A program made the position numbers and the translations under genes. A stretch of DNA of 64,000 nucleotides. Source: Acidimicrobiia bacterium. GTDB lineage: Bacteria; Actinomycetota; Acidimicrobiia; IMCC26256; JACDBD01. The notes beneath the pieces are model-generated. The model searched no databases. It was not told where the DNA came from and saw only the letters and a list, made by a program, of their open reading frames with translations. How positions within the stretch are numbered: position 1 is the stretch's first letter; every line of letters starts with the position of its first letter. Of the stretch, positions 26,262 through 36,000 are shown piece by piece. The stretch lies in NCBI GenBank assembly GCA_035637335.1, contig DASPXI010000030.1:634-64633 (forward strand), in the 5' to 3' direction.

Positions 26262-27080
26262 TTACACCGGCGGGAGCTCGATCACCTCGCCCGGGTACAC
26301 GAGGTCAGGGTCCCCGGAGCGCAGTCCTGGCCGGTTGTGCTCGACGACGCGCCGCCAGTACGGCGCGATGTCAGCGGGCGTCAGGTCGGCGCTCGAGCGG
26401 CCCCTACCGGCGGCGAGATGCCGCGCCGCGATCGACCACAGGTGCTCACCAGGCGCGATGACGTGGCGCGCGCCGGCGAATGACGTCGGCGGGGGAGTGT
26501 CGGGCGCGGGCGGGGGCGTGACGGGCGCGGACGGCGGAGGCGCGGGCACGGTTGGGGACGGCGCGCTGCCATTGCGTCCGGTGCGGACGCTCGGCGCCGG
26601 GGCGTACGGGATGCTCGGCCGGTCGCGGTGATCGAGATCGATGACTACCGGCGGCGGTGCTGCGCTCGTCGGGGGCGACGGATCGGCGGCCGCGGAACGA
26701 GTGAGCGCGAGCGCGCTCGCGGCCACGATCGAAACCGCGGCAGCCCGGTCGGCCCAGCACCGTACCACCGGGAGCATCGCCCAGCCGATCGCGCTTGCCG
26801 CGCCGTGCAGATCGGCCAGTCGGGCGGCCAGGTAGAGGAGCGTCGTGATGAGCAACCACCACGCGGCGATCAGCGCCGCAAGGCGGATGCCGGCGAGGAG
26901 CACGTCCTCGCTCGGCGTCTCGCGCAGCCACCGACCGAAGTCCTGCCGGGGGATCGCGAAGCCGTCGATGCTGCCCAGACGGTGCAACGCTGCGACGGCC
27001 AGAGCCTCGCCCCCCACGAGCAGCGTGAGACCTCGACGCGCTCGGCGGCCCCCGTCCACGCCGGAGCACGGTATGGGCAC
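26262..27080 (-). CDS. membrane-anchored Pro-rich protein with a C-terminal LysM-like domain
   Basis: TM segments (LLAGIRLAALIAAWWLLITTLLYLAA), a Pro-rich linker, then HVIAPGEHLWSIAARHL...LVYPGEVIELP. The start is uncertain. Confidence 0.6.
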   Translation of the reverse strand: MPIPCSGVDGGRRARRGLTLLVGGEALAVAALHRLGSIDGFAIPRQDFGRWLRETPSEDVLLAGIRLAALIAAWWLLITTLLYLAARLADLHGAASAIGWAMLPVVRCWADRAAAVSIVAASALALTRSAAADPSPPTSAAPPPVVIDLDHRDRPSIPYAPAPSVRTGRNGSAPSPTVPAPPPSAPVTPPPAPDTPPPTSFAGARHVIAPGEHLWSIAARHLAAGRGRSSADLTPADIAPYWRRVVEHNRPGLRSGDPDLVYPGEVIELPPV

Positions 27081-27099
27081 ACCATGAGACGTGTCAAGG

Positions 27100-27116
27100 T
27101 CTAAGAACGTCTTAGA
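27100..27116. repeat. perfect AT-rich palindrome TCTAAGA-acg-TCTTAGA
   Basis: 7-bp arms with a 3-nt spacer in the 45-bp gap between the putative selenoprotein stop and the LysM gene start. A TTGACA hexamer lies adjacent on the minus strand. Confidence 0.5.
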
Positions 27117-27125
27117 TTGTGTAAC

Positions 27126-28202
27126 TCAGAAATCGAGCGGAGCGTAGTAGCGCTCGGCGCCGGCGGCCTTGATGTCGGTGAGCCAGTCACCGTCGTAGTG
27201 CTCGCTCGGGCCCTGGAGTCCCGGGGAGACGAGCTCCCAGGCGTTGCGCTTGTAGGTCCAGTTCTCGGGTTGGAGGCGGTGCGCGGCGCGGAAGTGCGGT
27301 CGGGCGTCGTCGACGTGACCGGCGTGATGGAGATGCTGGCCGAGCTCGAACTCAGCCTCGGCCTCGGCCACTGAAGACGGGCGCGATGCCGATCGCCGCA
27401 CGACTTCATCGGGTGTGAGCGCGAACTCGCTCGCAGCCCCCTTCTCGACCCAATCGCGCAGGGCTGCGACGTAATGATCGGCGTCGAAGCGCGGGATGCG
27501 CTTGACCTGCTCGAGCATGTCGCGTACGTGCCGGTCGATGTCCTCCGGCAACCCCTCCGGCGCCTTGAGCTTGCTCCAGTCGTACCGCTCGACCGAAGCG
27601 GCGTGCGGAGGGCGGACGATCATGCCGTCCTCGTCGACCCACACCGCAGTGGGGACGTTCACGATGCCGAGCAGCTCGTCGAGCTTGTGCGCGGTGTCGA
27701 CGAGCTGCGGGTGCTCAGCTCCCGACCGCTCGATCCAGGACCGGGCTGCGTCGACCTCGAGGTCGAGCGCGACGGTGACGATCTCGAGGCCCTCCGGGTG
27801 AAGCTCCGACCGCAGTTGCCGCCACACGGGCAGCGACATTCGGCATCCTCACCATGACGCCCACGCTGCGATCAGCACTTTCTCGCCGCGCAGCGACGAA
27901 AGATCGAATGGCCGGCCGTCGACGTCGGCGAGCCTGATCGGGGGCAGCTCGGCCGACTCCAGCACCCGATCAGTGGATTCCGGGCCCAGCGCCCAGAGGT
28001 CGTAGCGGTCGTCGTGCACCAGCGGCATACCGAGTCGCTCGGCGACGGCTCGCACGTCGACGCGGCCGTCGGTAGTTGCTGCCGCCGGCAGCGGAACGCA
28101 GCGCGCCTCTTTACAGAGCCCTTCGGGCTTCAGCTCCCACCCCGTCTGCCGCTCGAGCTCTTCGGGCGTGACGTCGAGCCGGTCGAGGATCACGGGTAGC
28201 AC
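27126..28202 (-). CDS. thioredoxin-fold (ResA/TlpA-like) protein with an in-frame TGA at the redox site; candidate selenoprotein, alternatively a nonsense pseudogene
   Basis: Track ORFs 27849-28319 and 27126-27839 are in the same frame, separated only by TGA 27851-27849. The read-through gives ...KVLIAAWASW-U-GCRMSLPVWRQL..., which is the position of WCxxC in TlpA/ResA proteins. GTG 28202 is the likely start. Confidence 0.6.
27815..27837 (-). other. candidate bacterial SECIS hairpin
   Basis: The mRNA GUCGCUGCC-CGUGU-GGCGGCAAC starts 11 nt after the UGA. It forms a 9-bp stem with one C.A mismatch and one G.U pair. The apical loop lies 20 nt from the UGA with G at loop position 2. A possible 4-bp lower stem is GCCG/CGGU. 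Confidence 0.45.
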
Positions 28203-28247
28203 CCTACCCCGCCGTGCTACGTTCCCCGGCGTTCTCGAGGAGGGGGT

Positions 28248-28997
28248 GTGTGCATGCTGGCCTCGGCGCTCGACATCTTCACGCGTGATGGGTACGCGTA
28301 CTTGTCCCGCTGGTCGCACGTCTTCGTCGGTATCGCCTGGATCGGGTTGCTCTATTTCTTCAACTTCGTCCAGGTTCCGGCCTACGCCGAGATGGAGGCG
28401 AGCGCTCGCAACAACGCTATCGACAAGCTCACGTCACGGGCCTTGTGGTGGTTCCGGTGGGCTGCGGCGGCGACACTCGTCAGCGGCATCCTGATCATCA
28501 TCTTCCAGAAGCAGTACGAGAACGACTTCATCAAGACCGCCCAGGGCGTGAGCCTGTACGCCGCCGTGCTCCTCGCCGTGACCATGTTCCTCAACGTGTG
28601 GCTCGTCATCTGGCCGCTGCAGAAGAAGGTCATCGCCAACGCCCGGAATGTCCAGGCGGGTGGTCAGCCCGACCCCGACGCGCCGGCGGCGGCGCGCCGG
28701 GCGTTGATGGCATCGCGCATGAACATGATCTATTCGCTGCCCATGCTCGTCTTCATGGTCGGCACGTCACACTTTCCGTACAAGATCATCTCGACGACGG
28801 GAAGTTCGCGGGCGGTGTTCTGGGTCATCTGGATCGTGATCTGGGGCGTGCTCGAATTGAACGCGCTCGGTCTGATCGGTGGGACGGCGCCGGGCGGCCC
28901 GCGCATCATCTACGACAACCACCGCAACGCGATCATCACGTCGTTCCTCTACTCGTTGGTCGCGCTAATCCTGTTCTCGCTCATCTTGATGGACTGA
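28248..28997 (+). CDS. integral membrane protein (resembles the membrane domain of the PuuD-type urate hydroxylase family)
   Basis: Multiple TM helices with WSHVFVGIAWIGLLYFFNFVQ motif. Visibly lower GC than the flanks. The start is 28248 (GTG) or 28254 (ATG). Confidence 0.5.
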   Translation: MCMLASALDIFTRDGYAYLSRWSHVFVGIAWIGLLYFFNFVQVPAYAEMEASARNNAIDKLTSRALWWFRWAAAATLVSGILIIIFQKQYENDFIKTAQGVSLYAAVLLAVTMFLNVWLVIWPLQKKVIANARNVQAGGQPDPDAPAAARRALMASRMNMIYSLPMLVFMVGTSHFPYKIISTTGSSRAVFWVIWIVIWGVLELNALGLIGGTAPGGPRIIYDNHRNAIITSFLYSLVALILFSLILMD

Positions 28998-29009
28998 GAA
29001 TCTGCGCGA

Positions 29010-30140
29010 CTAGAGCCCGATCAGGTCGGCAACCCGGGCGCGGTGCTGAGCCGCGTTCCCGAACAAAGTCGCGTTCGACTTCACGCGGCGCACGTAGAGG
29101 TGCATGTCGTGCTCCCACGTGTAGCCGATGCCGCCGTGGATCTGGATGCCCTCCTTGGCGAGCAGCGCCGCGCAGTCGCCCGCGGCCGCCTTCGCCATCG
29201 ACGCCGCCAGTGATCGGCGTTCGTCGTCCTCGGCGATCGTGAGCGCGGCGAAGTAGCTCGTGGCCCGGGCGCGCTCGAGGGCGACGAGCATGTCGGCGAA
29301 CTTGTGCTTGATGGCCTGGAAGGACCCGATCGGGACGCCGAACTGCTCGCGTTGCTTCGCGTACTCGAGCGTCACGTCGAAGATCGCCTCGGCAGCGCCG
29401 ACGATCTCCACGGCGAGCGCGGTCACCGCGACCTCCACGGCTCGACGGATCGCTGCCGCGGATCCCGGCCCCGGTTCGCCGAGCACGCGGTCGCTGTCGA
29501 CGCGCACGCCGTCCAGCGTCAAGTGGGCCAAAGGCCGGCTGGCGTCGAGAGCCTCCACAGGTTCCACGCCGACCTCGACCCGAGGCACCACGAACGCGCC
29601 GACACCGTCGTCTCCGTCCGTGCCGCGAACTCGGGCGACGACCGCGATCTGGTCGGCCGCTGTCGCCTCGACAACCATCGATTTCGCACCGTGGAGCACG
29701 AAGCCGGTGCCATCCGGGTCAGCAGTGGCGGTGACGTGCGCGGGCTCGAGGTCGCCACTCGACTCGACCAGCGCGAGGGTTCCGGTCAGCTCGCCGGCGG
29801 CGACCGCGCCAAGCAACGCGTGCTGCTGTTCGGGTGTTCCCGCTTCGGCGACGACCGGCGCGAACTGGGTGACGGTCGGGACGAACGGTCCGGGCGCGAC
29901 TGCACGACCGAGCTCCTCGACAACGACGGCCAGCTCGACGGCGCCCATGCCGAGGCCGCCCGCGGACTCGGGCACGGTGAGTGCCGGCCAACCGAGCGCG
30001 ACCATCCGGCTCCAGAGCGCGTCGGCGGTGGTGCCCTTCTCGACGACCTCGCGTACCAAGCTCATCGGGCACTCGCCGATGAGCACCGTTCGGACGCCGT
30101 CGCGCAGCTCGTCCTGCTCGGGGGTGAACTCCAGGTGCAC
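29010..30140 (-). CDS. acyl-CoA dehydrogenase, small/non-catalytic-subunit-like
   Basis: 376 aa, similar to the N-half of the fused ACAD (ELAVVVEELGRAVAPGPFVPTV..., IHGGIGYTWEHDMHLYVRR). It lacks the SEPxAGSD and GGxxE C-terminal motifs. Confidence 0.8.
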   Translation of the reverse strand: MHLEFTPEQDELRDGVRTVLIGECPMSLVREVVEKGTTADALWSRMVALGWPALTVPESAGGLGMGAVELAVVVEELGRAVAPGPFVPTVTQFAPVVAEAGTPEQQHALLGAVAAGELTGTLALVESSGDLEPAHVTATADPDGTGFVLHGAKSMVVEATAADQIAVVARVRGTDGDDGVGAFVVPRVEVGVEPVEALDASRPLAHLTLDGVRVDSDRVLGEPGPGSAAAIRRAVEVAVTALAVEIVGAAEAIFDVTLEYAKQREQFGVPIGSFQAIKHKFADMLVALERARATSYFAALTIAEDDERRSLAASMAKAAAGDCAALLAKEGIQIHGGIGYTWEHDMHLYVRRVKSNATLFGNAAQHRARVADLIGL

Positions 30141-30161
30141 GGCCGCGCTTTCCTGCGAAAC

Positions 30162-30177
30162 CTGACGGGTGTGTCAC
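30162..30177. promoter_or_regulatory. palindromic operator candidate CTGAC-N6-GTCAC
   Basis: gaaaCCTGACgggtgtGTCACggtatcg lies 22 nt upstream of the ACAD start and overlaps the synthetase stop. It shares the flanks GAAA and GGTATCG with the 41961 site. Confidence 0.6.
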
Positions 30178-31676
30178 GGTATCGGCTGGCTCGATTCGCT
30201 CACAACCTCGCGCAGCATGTTGCGGTCGACCTTCTCCATCGCGGTGAGTGGGAGGGCGTCGACAAGCCGGATCGCCTCCGCAAGCTTGTGCGCCGCGAGA
30301 TGCGGGGCGGCGAACTCGCGCAGCTGCGCGAGCGACGGAGGCGCACCAGCATCGTGCGGGACGACGACCGCCATTCCGATCTCGCCCATGACCGGGTCGG
30401 GCGCGGGCGCGATCGCGATCGCGGCCACGGCCGGATGAGTCGACAGCACCGCCTCCACCTCGACGGGGAACACGTTGTAGCCACCGCGCACGTACATCTC
30501 CCTGGTGCGCCCCACGAGGCGCAGCCGCCCCCGGTCGTCGATCCAGCCGAGGTCGCCCGTGCGCACGAACCCGTCGGCCGTGAATGCGGCCCGGGTGGCG
30601 TCGGCGTCGCGCCAGTACCCGCTCATGATCGCGGGGGAGCGCAGACACACCTGGCCGACGTCGCCGGGCTTCACGGGCCGGTCTTCATCGTCGAGCACCG
30701 CGACGTCGACCGACGGATGCGGATGGCCGACGCTCACGACGGCGTCCTCGTCGGGGTCGTCGAACGCGGTGCCGAGCCCGATGCCGGCCTCGGTGCACGA
30801 GTAGCGGGTGGCGAGCGCAGCCCGAAAGCGGGCGCGGGCCTCTGCCGCGAGACCGGGTGTGATCGGGCCGCCTCCGATGACGAGGAAGCGGACGCTGTCG
30901 AGGTCGTAGGCATCAAAGTCGGGTTCGCGCAGCATCAGCGCGAGCTGTGTCGGGACGCCGGCGACGGTTGTCATGCGTTGCTCGGAGGCGAGACGGAGGG
31001 CGTCGGCGGCTCGCCATCGCCGCATGATGAAGCTCGTGCCGCCGCGCCGCAGGTTGCCAGGCAGCTTGGTCATGAACCCGAGATGCGCCATGGACGTGCC
31101 GACCAGTCCGCGGCCACCGCCACCCCAGGCATCGCCGACGTCGGTGGCGGTGACGAACTCGAGCTGTCGGTTGCAGTAGAGCGCTCCCTTGGGCAAGCCG
31201 GTCGTACCGGACGTGAAGACAATGGCGACCGGCCTTTCGGGCTCGGGTGCAAGCGGCGGTGGTGCCTGGGCCCGTACGCGCAGCTCGCGCAGCAGCGCGC
31301 CGGCGTCGGGTGCCTGCTCGACGAGCTCGACGTCCCAGTCGCCTTCGATCGCGAGCGCTGGATCGGCGAGCACGAGTCGCGGGCCGGCCGTACGGAGCAC
31401 ACCGGCGCGTTCGTCCGCAGTGAGCCGGTCGTTCACACCTGCGGTGATCGCACCGAGCTTCGCCGCCGCGAGATATGCCAGGAGATACTCGGGACCCTGC
31501 GGAAGCGCGAGCGCGAGCACCTCGCCGGCGGCGAGGCCGCGGCGGCTCAATCCGACGGCAAGCTCGTCGGAGACGCGATCAAGATCGCGATAGCTCAGCG
31601 CCCAGCCGTCCGGCGCGACGTAGGCGATAGCATCCGCAAAGCGTCGGCCGGCCTCACGCGCGGTCGCGGGGAGCAT
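30174..31676 (-). CDS. acyl-CoA synthetase (AMP-binding family)
   Basis: IVFTSGTTGLPKGA, YSCTEAG and GFVRTGDLGWIDDRGRLRLVGRTREMYVRGGYNVFP. ATG 31676 (MLPATAREAG). The track ORF is over-extended to 31799. Confidence 0.9.
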   Translation of the reverse strand: MLPATAREAGRRFADAIAYVAPDGWALSYRDLDRVSDELAVGLSRRGLAAGEVLALALPQGPEYLLAYLAAAKLGAITAGVNDRLTADERAGVLRTAGPRLVLADPALAIEGDWDVELVEQAPDAGALLRELRVRAQAPPPLAPEPERPVAIVFTSGTTGLPKGALYCNRQLEFVTATDVGDAWGGGGRGLVGTSMAHLGFMTKLPGNLRRGGTSFIMRRWRAADALRLASEQRMTTVAGVPTQLALMLREPDFDAYDLDSVRFLVIGGGPITPGLAAEARARFRAALATRYSCTEAGIGLGTAFDDPDEDAVVSVGHPHPSVDVAVLDDEDRPVKPGDVGQVCLRSPAIMSGYWRDADATRAAFTADGFVRTGDLGWIDDRGRLRLVGRTREMYVRGGYNVFPVEVEAVLSTHPAVAAIAIAPAPDPVMGEIGMAVVVPHDAGAPPSLAQLREFAAPHLAAHKLAEAIRLVDALPLTAMEKVDRNMLREVVSESSQPIP

Positions 31677-31677
31677 C

Positions 31678-32358
31678 GTGGCGAGATCGTACAAGTTGAC
31701 GACGAGAAACCGATCGGGCGACGGGGCGTCGAACAGCGGGCAAGGCACGCCGGCGCAGCAACGCGAGTTGCGCGCGCAGGGCCGTCGCACGATGCGCAAG
31801 CTCTTGGATGCCGGGATGCGCGTGTTCGCCGAACGCGGCTATCACGCGGCCCGCGTCGACGACATCGTCCGTGCTGCCCGCACCTCGCACGGCACCTTTT
31901 ATCTGTACTTCGCCAACAAAGAGGACCTGTTGCGGGCGTTGGCGGTGGATTGCGCGGAAGCCCTCGAGAGGCTCGCCGACGACATCGGACCGATCACACC
32001 GGATGAGCAAGGCTTTCGCGAGCTGCGGTCGTTCCTTGCCGATTTCGTCACTACGTACCGGCGCTACGGCCCGGTCATCCGGGCATGGATGGAGGACCAG
32101 GTTGCCGACCGCGAGATCGACCGCCTTGGCGTGAAGGCGTTCACCGACATCGGCACCCGCCTCGGCCAGCGCATGCGCGAGGTCGGCGCCGACGTCGCCG
32201 AGAACGAGACGGCGGCCGTCGGCGCGCTCATGGCGATGCTCGAGCGCTTCAACTACGCGCTCGCGTCACGCCGCCTCGTCCTGGACGAGGACGCGATGCT
32301 CGACACCCTCGCCCACATCATCCATCGGGGCTTCTTCGGCGCCCCAGCGAGCCGCTGA
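31678..32358 (+). CDS. TetR family transcriptional regulator
   Basis: MRKLLDAGMRVFAERGYHAARVDDIVRAARTSHGTFYLYFANKEDLL HTH region. The start is uncertain: GTG 31678 or in-frame TTG 31768. Confidence 0.85.
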   Translation: MARSYKLTTRNRSGDGASNSGQGTPAQQRELRAQGRRTMRKLLDAGMRVFAERGYHAARVDDIVRAARTSHGTFYLYFANKEDLLRALAVDCAEALERLADDIGPITPDEQGFRELRSFLADFVTTYRRYGPVIRAWMEDQVADREIDRLGVKAFTDIGTRLGQRMREVGADVAENETAAVGALMAMLERFNYALASRRLVLDEDAMLDTLAHIIHRGFFGAPASR

Positions 32359-32994
32359 TCACGGACTGGGCGTCGGCTTCATGCTCCCGCCGGTAGGCGC
32401 CTCGTACCGAACTCTGCGCACGATGATGTCGTTGGCTGGGTCGACCACCTGGTAGTCGCGAGAGCCTCGGTTGTAGTCGTCGTCGTCCTTCTCCTTGACC
32501 TTTACGACCCAGATCGGCTCCTCCTCCGGCAGTGGCTCCCTCGAGTGCTCCCGGTTGGCCCCCTCGCCTGGCGGAGGGGGCGTGAAAACGATCACCGTGA
32601 CTTGCTGAGGGCTCTCGGAGAAATACACCTGGAACTCGCCTTCGTTGGCGCAGACCCAGAGTGATTCGATCGGCTTCTCCACACGTTCGGCATGTTCGAT
32701 CGCGGCCTTGTAGCCGGCACGCAATACCTCCTCCGCGTGCTTGCCGGGCCACCAGGCATCGGCCCCGCCATCGAGCCAGTGGTCCCGAAAGTGGCGGGCG
32801 TCCCCAGAGGTGAGCCCGGCGCGGCCTGGGCCCGGCTGGCCGGCTGCGTGCTGATCGGCCAGGTCGGCGAGCGGGTCGTCGATCTCCTGCAGTACGGCAC
32901 GGTATGCCGTCAGGTAGTTCGGGACGCCGAACTGTTGGTCGAGCAGGCCGAACTGGCGACCCTTTCCCACGAAGTAAATGGGCATCGACGGCAT
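32359..32994 (-). CDS. hypothetical protein, co-transcribed with the ATPase-TPR-cyclase gene
   Basis: 211-aa ORF. ATG 32994 is preceded by GAGAGGAG, 15 nt after the cyclase stop. Acidic Lys/Asp-rich C-terminal region. No family recognised. Confidence 0.6.
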   Translation of the reverse strand: MPSMPIYFVGKGRQFGLLDQQFGVPNYLTAYRAVLQEIDDPLADLADQHAAGQPGPGRAGLTSGDARHFRDHWLDGGADAWWPGKHAEEVLRAGYKAAIEHAERVEKPIESLWVCANEGEFQVYFSESPQQVTVIVFTPPPPGEGANREHSREPLPEEEPIWVVKVKEKDDDDYNRGSRDYQVVDPANDIIVRRVRYEAPTGGSMKPTPSP

Positions 32995-33009
32995 GCGCCG
33001 CTCCTCTCG

Positions 33010-36000
33010 TTAGGTGCTTGCTGTCTCAGTGGACACTGCGTACAGACGGTGGGGGTCGGTGATGCCTTTGAGCTGGTGCAAGCCGCGATCGTCGAACACG
33101 GTGCCGGCCGAGGTGCGGGCGAGGCTCCGGACGGTCTCGGAGACAAGCGTCTGGCCCGCCGCGGCCTGGCTGCACACCCTGGCGGCGATGTTGACGGCGC
33201 CGCCGTACACGTTGTTTGCAGATCGAATCACGTCTCCGGCGTGGATGCCGACGTGAAGACGGAAACCCACCCCACGGGCACTTTCGTGCATACGGCTCGC
33301 GCAGTCAATGGCGCGTCGAGCCGACGGGAACACGGCCAGGTTGCCATCACCCAGCGTGATGCCCTCGACCACATCACCGCCGCAGTCGTGTACCAGGGAA
33401 CGCACCGACGCGTCGAGTTGGTCGGCTTGTGCTCGGTAGGCGAAATCACCGAGTCGTTCGGTTAACGACGTGGAGTCGGCGATGTCGGTGAACAGGATCA
33501 CGAACATGTCCATCCCAGTCCGGGCGGGCGCAGCTGCGGCGCGCGCGGGCTCCTTGCCGCGCAGCCGGTCGGCCAGTTCCGACGCCTGCTGCTCGAAGGC
33601 CGGCATGTCGAGCTCGTCGAACACCCCTCTCGCCTCCTGCGCGAGCTGGCCGGCCTGGGCGCGGTCGCCGTCCGTTGCCAGCATCTGCGCCAGTTCGAGC
33701 GACGCTCGACCGAGCTCCGGTCGCAGGCCGCGCGCTCTGGCCACTTCGACGGCCTCCCGAAGGAGCGAGTCGGCCTCTTCGAGCCGGCCCTGTCGTCGCG
33801 CCAGCGCGCCGCGGACGCGGGGCACGAGCACGACCGGCCCGTCGGTGATCACCATGCCGTGTTCGGCAACACGGGCGAGTCCGCGCTCGATCCGGTCGAG
33901 CGGGAGGTCGACGTCCACGAGCAGTGCCAGCTCGGCGAGGTACGCGAACCACCCCGTTGCACCGATGAAGGGTGGCCACCGGCCCGAAACGCGTTCCGGA
34001 TGCGCGGCGACAGCGGCGCGGACCTCGTCGTGCTGCCCGGCATGGGCACGCGCGATCTGCCGCGCGAGCCACACGGTCTCCTCTTCGACGACCATGTCGT
34101 CTTGGGACTCGCTGAGCTTGTCGAGTGCGAGCTCCGACGGGCCGAAAGCCCCGCGTAGCAGCCGTGCGGAAGCTACCGCGGGAAGAAAGAAGGAGCAGCT
34201 CCACAGGTAACGCGACAACCGGGACGCGTTCCACGCCTCCTCGCCGTACCGCTCGGCCTCCCGGAAACGGCCACGGGCCAATGCGACGGCGGTGAGCGCG
34301 GTCAGCGCCAGGCTGCGTTCGGCGGCGTCGCCGGTGAACTCCGTTTCCTCACGCGCCTCGGCCGCCACCTTCTCGGCGCGGTCGGGGTCGCCGAGCCACA
34401 GCTGTGTCAGCGCCAGGCGAGGTGACGGAAGGCCGAGCAACCAAGGATCGTCTTGGGCCTTTGCATGGGTGAGCGCATCCTCGAATCGTTCCTCGGCCCC
34501 GCGCAGGTCGAGCCGCATCCAATCGATGACCCCCAGCGCGTTGAGGGCCCGCGTGCAGGCACGGTGATCATCGACTTGACGCCCGATCTCGAGGCCCCGG
34601 GTCGACAACTCGGTGCCGCGCTCGAGATCGCCCTGCGCCCAGGCAACCTCGCCGAGCTGGGCGAGCAGGCGCGCCTCGAGGACGGGATCCGTGTCGTGAA
34701 GCGCTTCGAGCGCCTCGTCGAGGCCTGACGTATCGATGGCAGTCCCGAACCGCGCCTCGTGCAACCGGGCGTGAGCCTGCTCGACGAGCGCGACGGCAAC
34801 ACGCCGAACATCGCCGGCAGCGCGGTAGCGGTCGATGGCAATGGCAATGTGCTTCTGGCCCAGCCTCACGTCCATGTGTCGATAGTGCGAGTCGCCGGCT
34901 CGGAAGTGGAGATCGGCGATCAAGCCGTCCGGTTCCCCTAGCTCCTCGGCCGCGGCGGCGGCCGCCTCGTAGCACCGGGCGGCGTCGGCCCAGGCGAGCA
35001 CGTCCCAGGCCCGGTTGCCCGCCGCGGCCGTGTATTCGAGGCGCTCGCGCGCGGTGGCGGCGGGCCCAGCCTCGATGAGGTGATGGGCGACTTCGAGAAT
35101 CGGTCGGTCACCGCTCTCGTCAAGAGCCCGTGCGATGGCCGCGTGGAGCTCTCTCCGGCGCGCCGGTCCCGGAGCGGCATACGCCACGCGCGCGTAGAGC
35201 GGATGTTCGAACCACCAACGGGTCCCATCAGCGGTGATGAGCCCGTGCGCAGCCGCCTCCTCGAGCGCGGCCAACAGCTCGTGCTCGGGTTGCTTGGTGA
35301 CCGCACCGACGGCCTCGGCCGAGAATGAGCGCCCGAGAAACGCCGCCGCCGTGAGAACCGTTCGGGCGGCCTCGCTCACCTCGTCCAGCCGTGCCCCGAT
35401 GGCGTTCGTGAGCTCAGGTGGCCCGGACAGGTCGATATCGGCAGCTGCCGCGGTCGAGAGATCCTCCGCCCCCTCCGCCCGGCGCGCGATCTGGCGCACG
35501 AGATTCTCCAGGAACAACGGGTTGCCGCTCGAGGCTTCGTGCAGGAAATGGCCGAGCTGTCGGGACGATCGATGAAGGCCGAGGGAGTCAACGAGAACGG
35601 CCGACTCCTCGGTGTTGAGGCCCTCGAGATCGATGCGCCGGCACAATCCTTCGCGAGCAATCCGCGCGAGCTCGCCCGCCACGTGCTCGTCGACGTCGGG
35701 ACGGTGCGTAGCGATGATCATGAACGAAACCGGTTCGAGCACGCTGGCGTCGGCGATCCCGAGCGCGAGGTACGTGAAGAGGTCCAGGGAAGCGCGGTCG
35801 ACCCAGTGGAGGTCGTCGAGCACGAGCAGGAGTGGCCTGGTCCGGGTCAAGGCGACGGTCGCGCCTGTCACCGCCAGGAACAGCCACGTCTTCTCCTGCT
35901 CCGGCATCGCATCGTCTGCGAGCGGGGGCCGCGACGCCGAGTCCGGGCTCGGCGCCCGCCCGAGCAGCCGGCTGATGACCGATGCCGACCCTCCCTGTGC

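Noticed and set aside
27849-28319. Treating 27849-28319 and 27126-27839 as two independent genes
   Set aside because: The upstream ORF would end exactly at the redox motif of its own thioredoxin fold. The downstream ORF would start in the middle of that fold with no RBS. A single recoded (Sec) or nonsense-mutated gene explains both.
31677-31767. CTGAC-N6-GTCAG operator or other strong dyad in the synthetase/TetR intergenic region
   Set aside because: Only weak 4-5 bp inverted repeats (GATCG...CGATC, TCGT...ACGA) are present, with nothing comparable to the other sites. This TetR is therefore not proposed as the regulon regulator.
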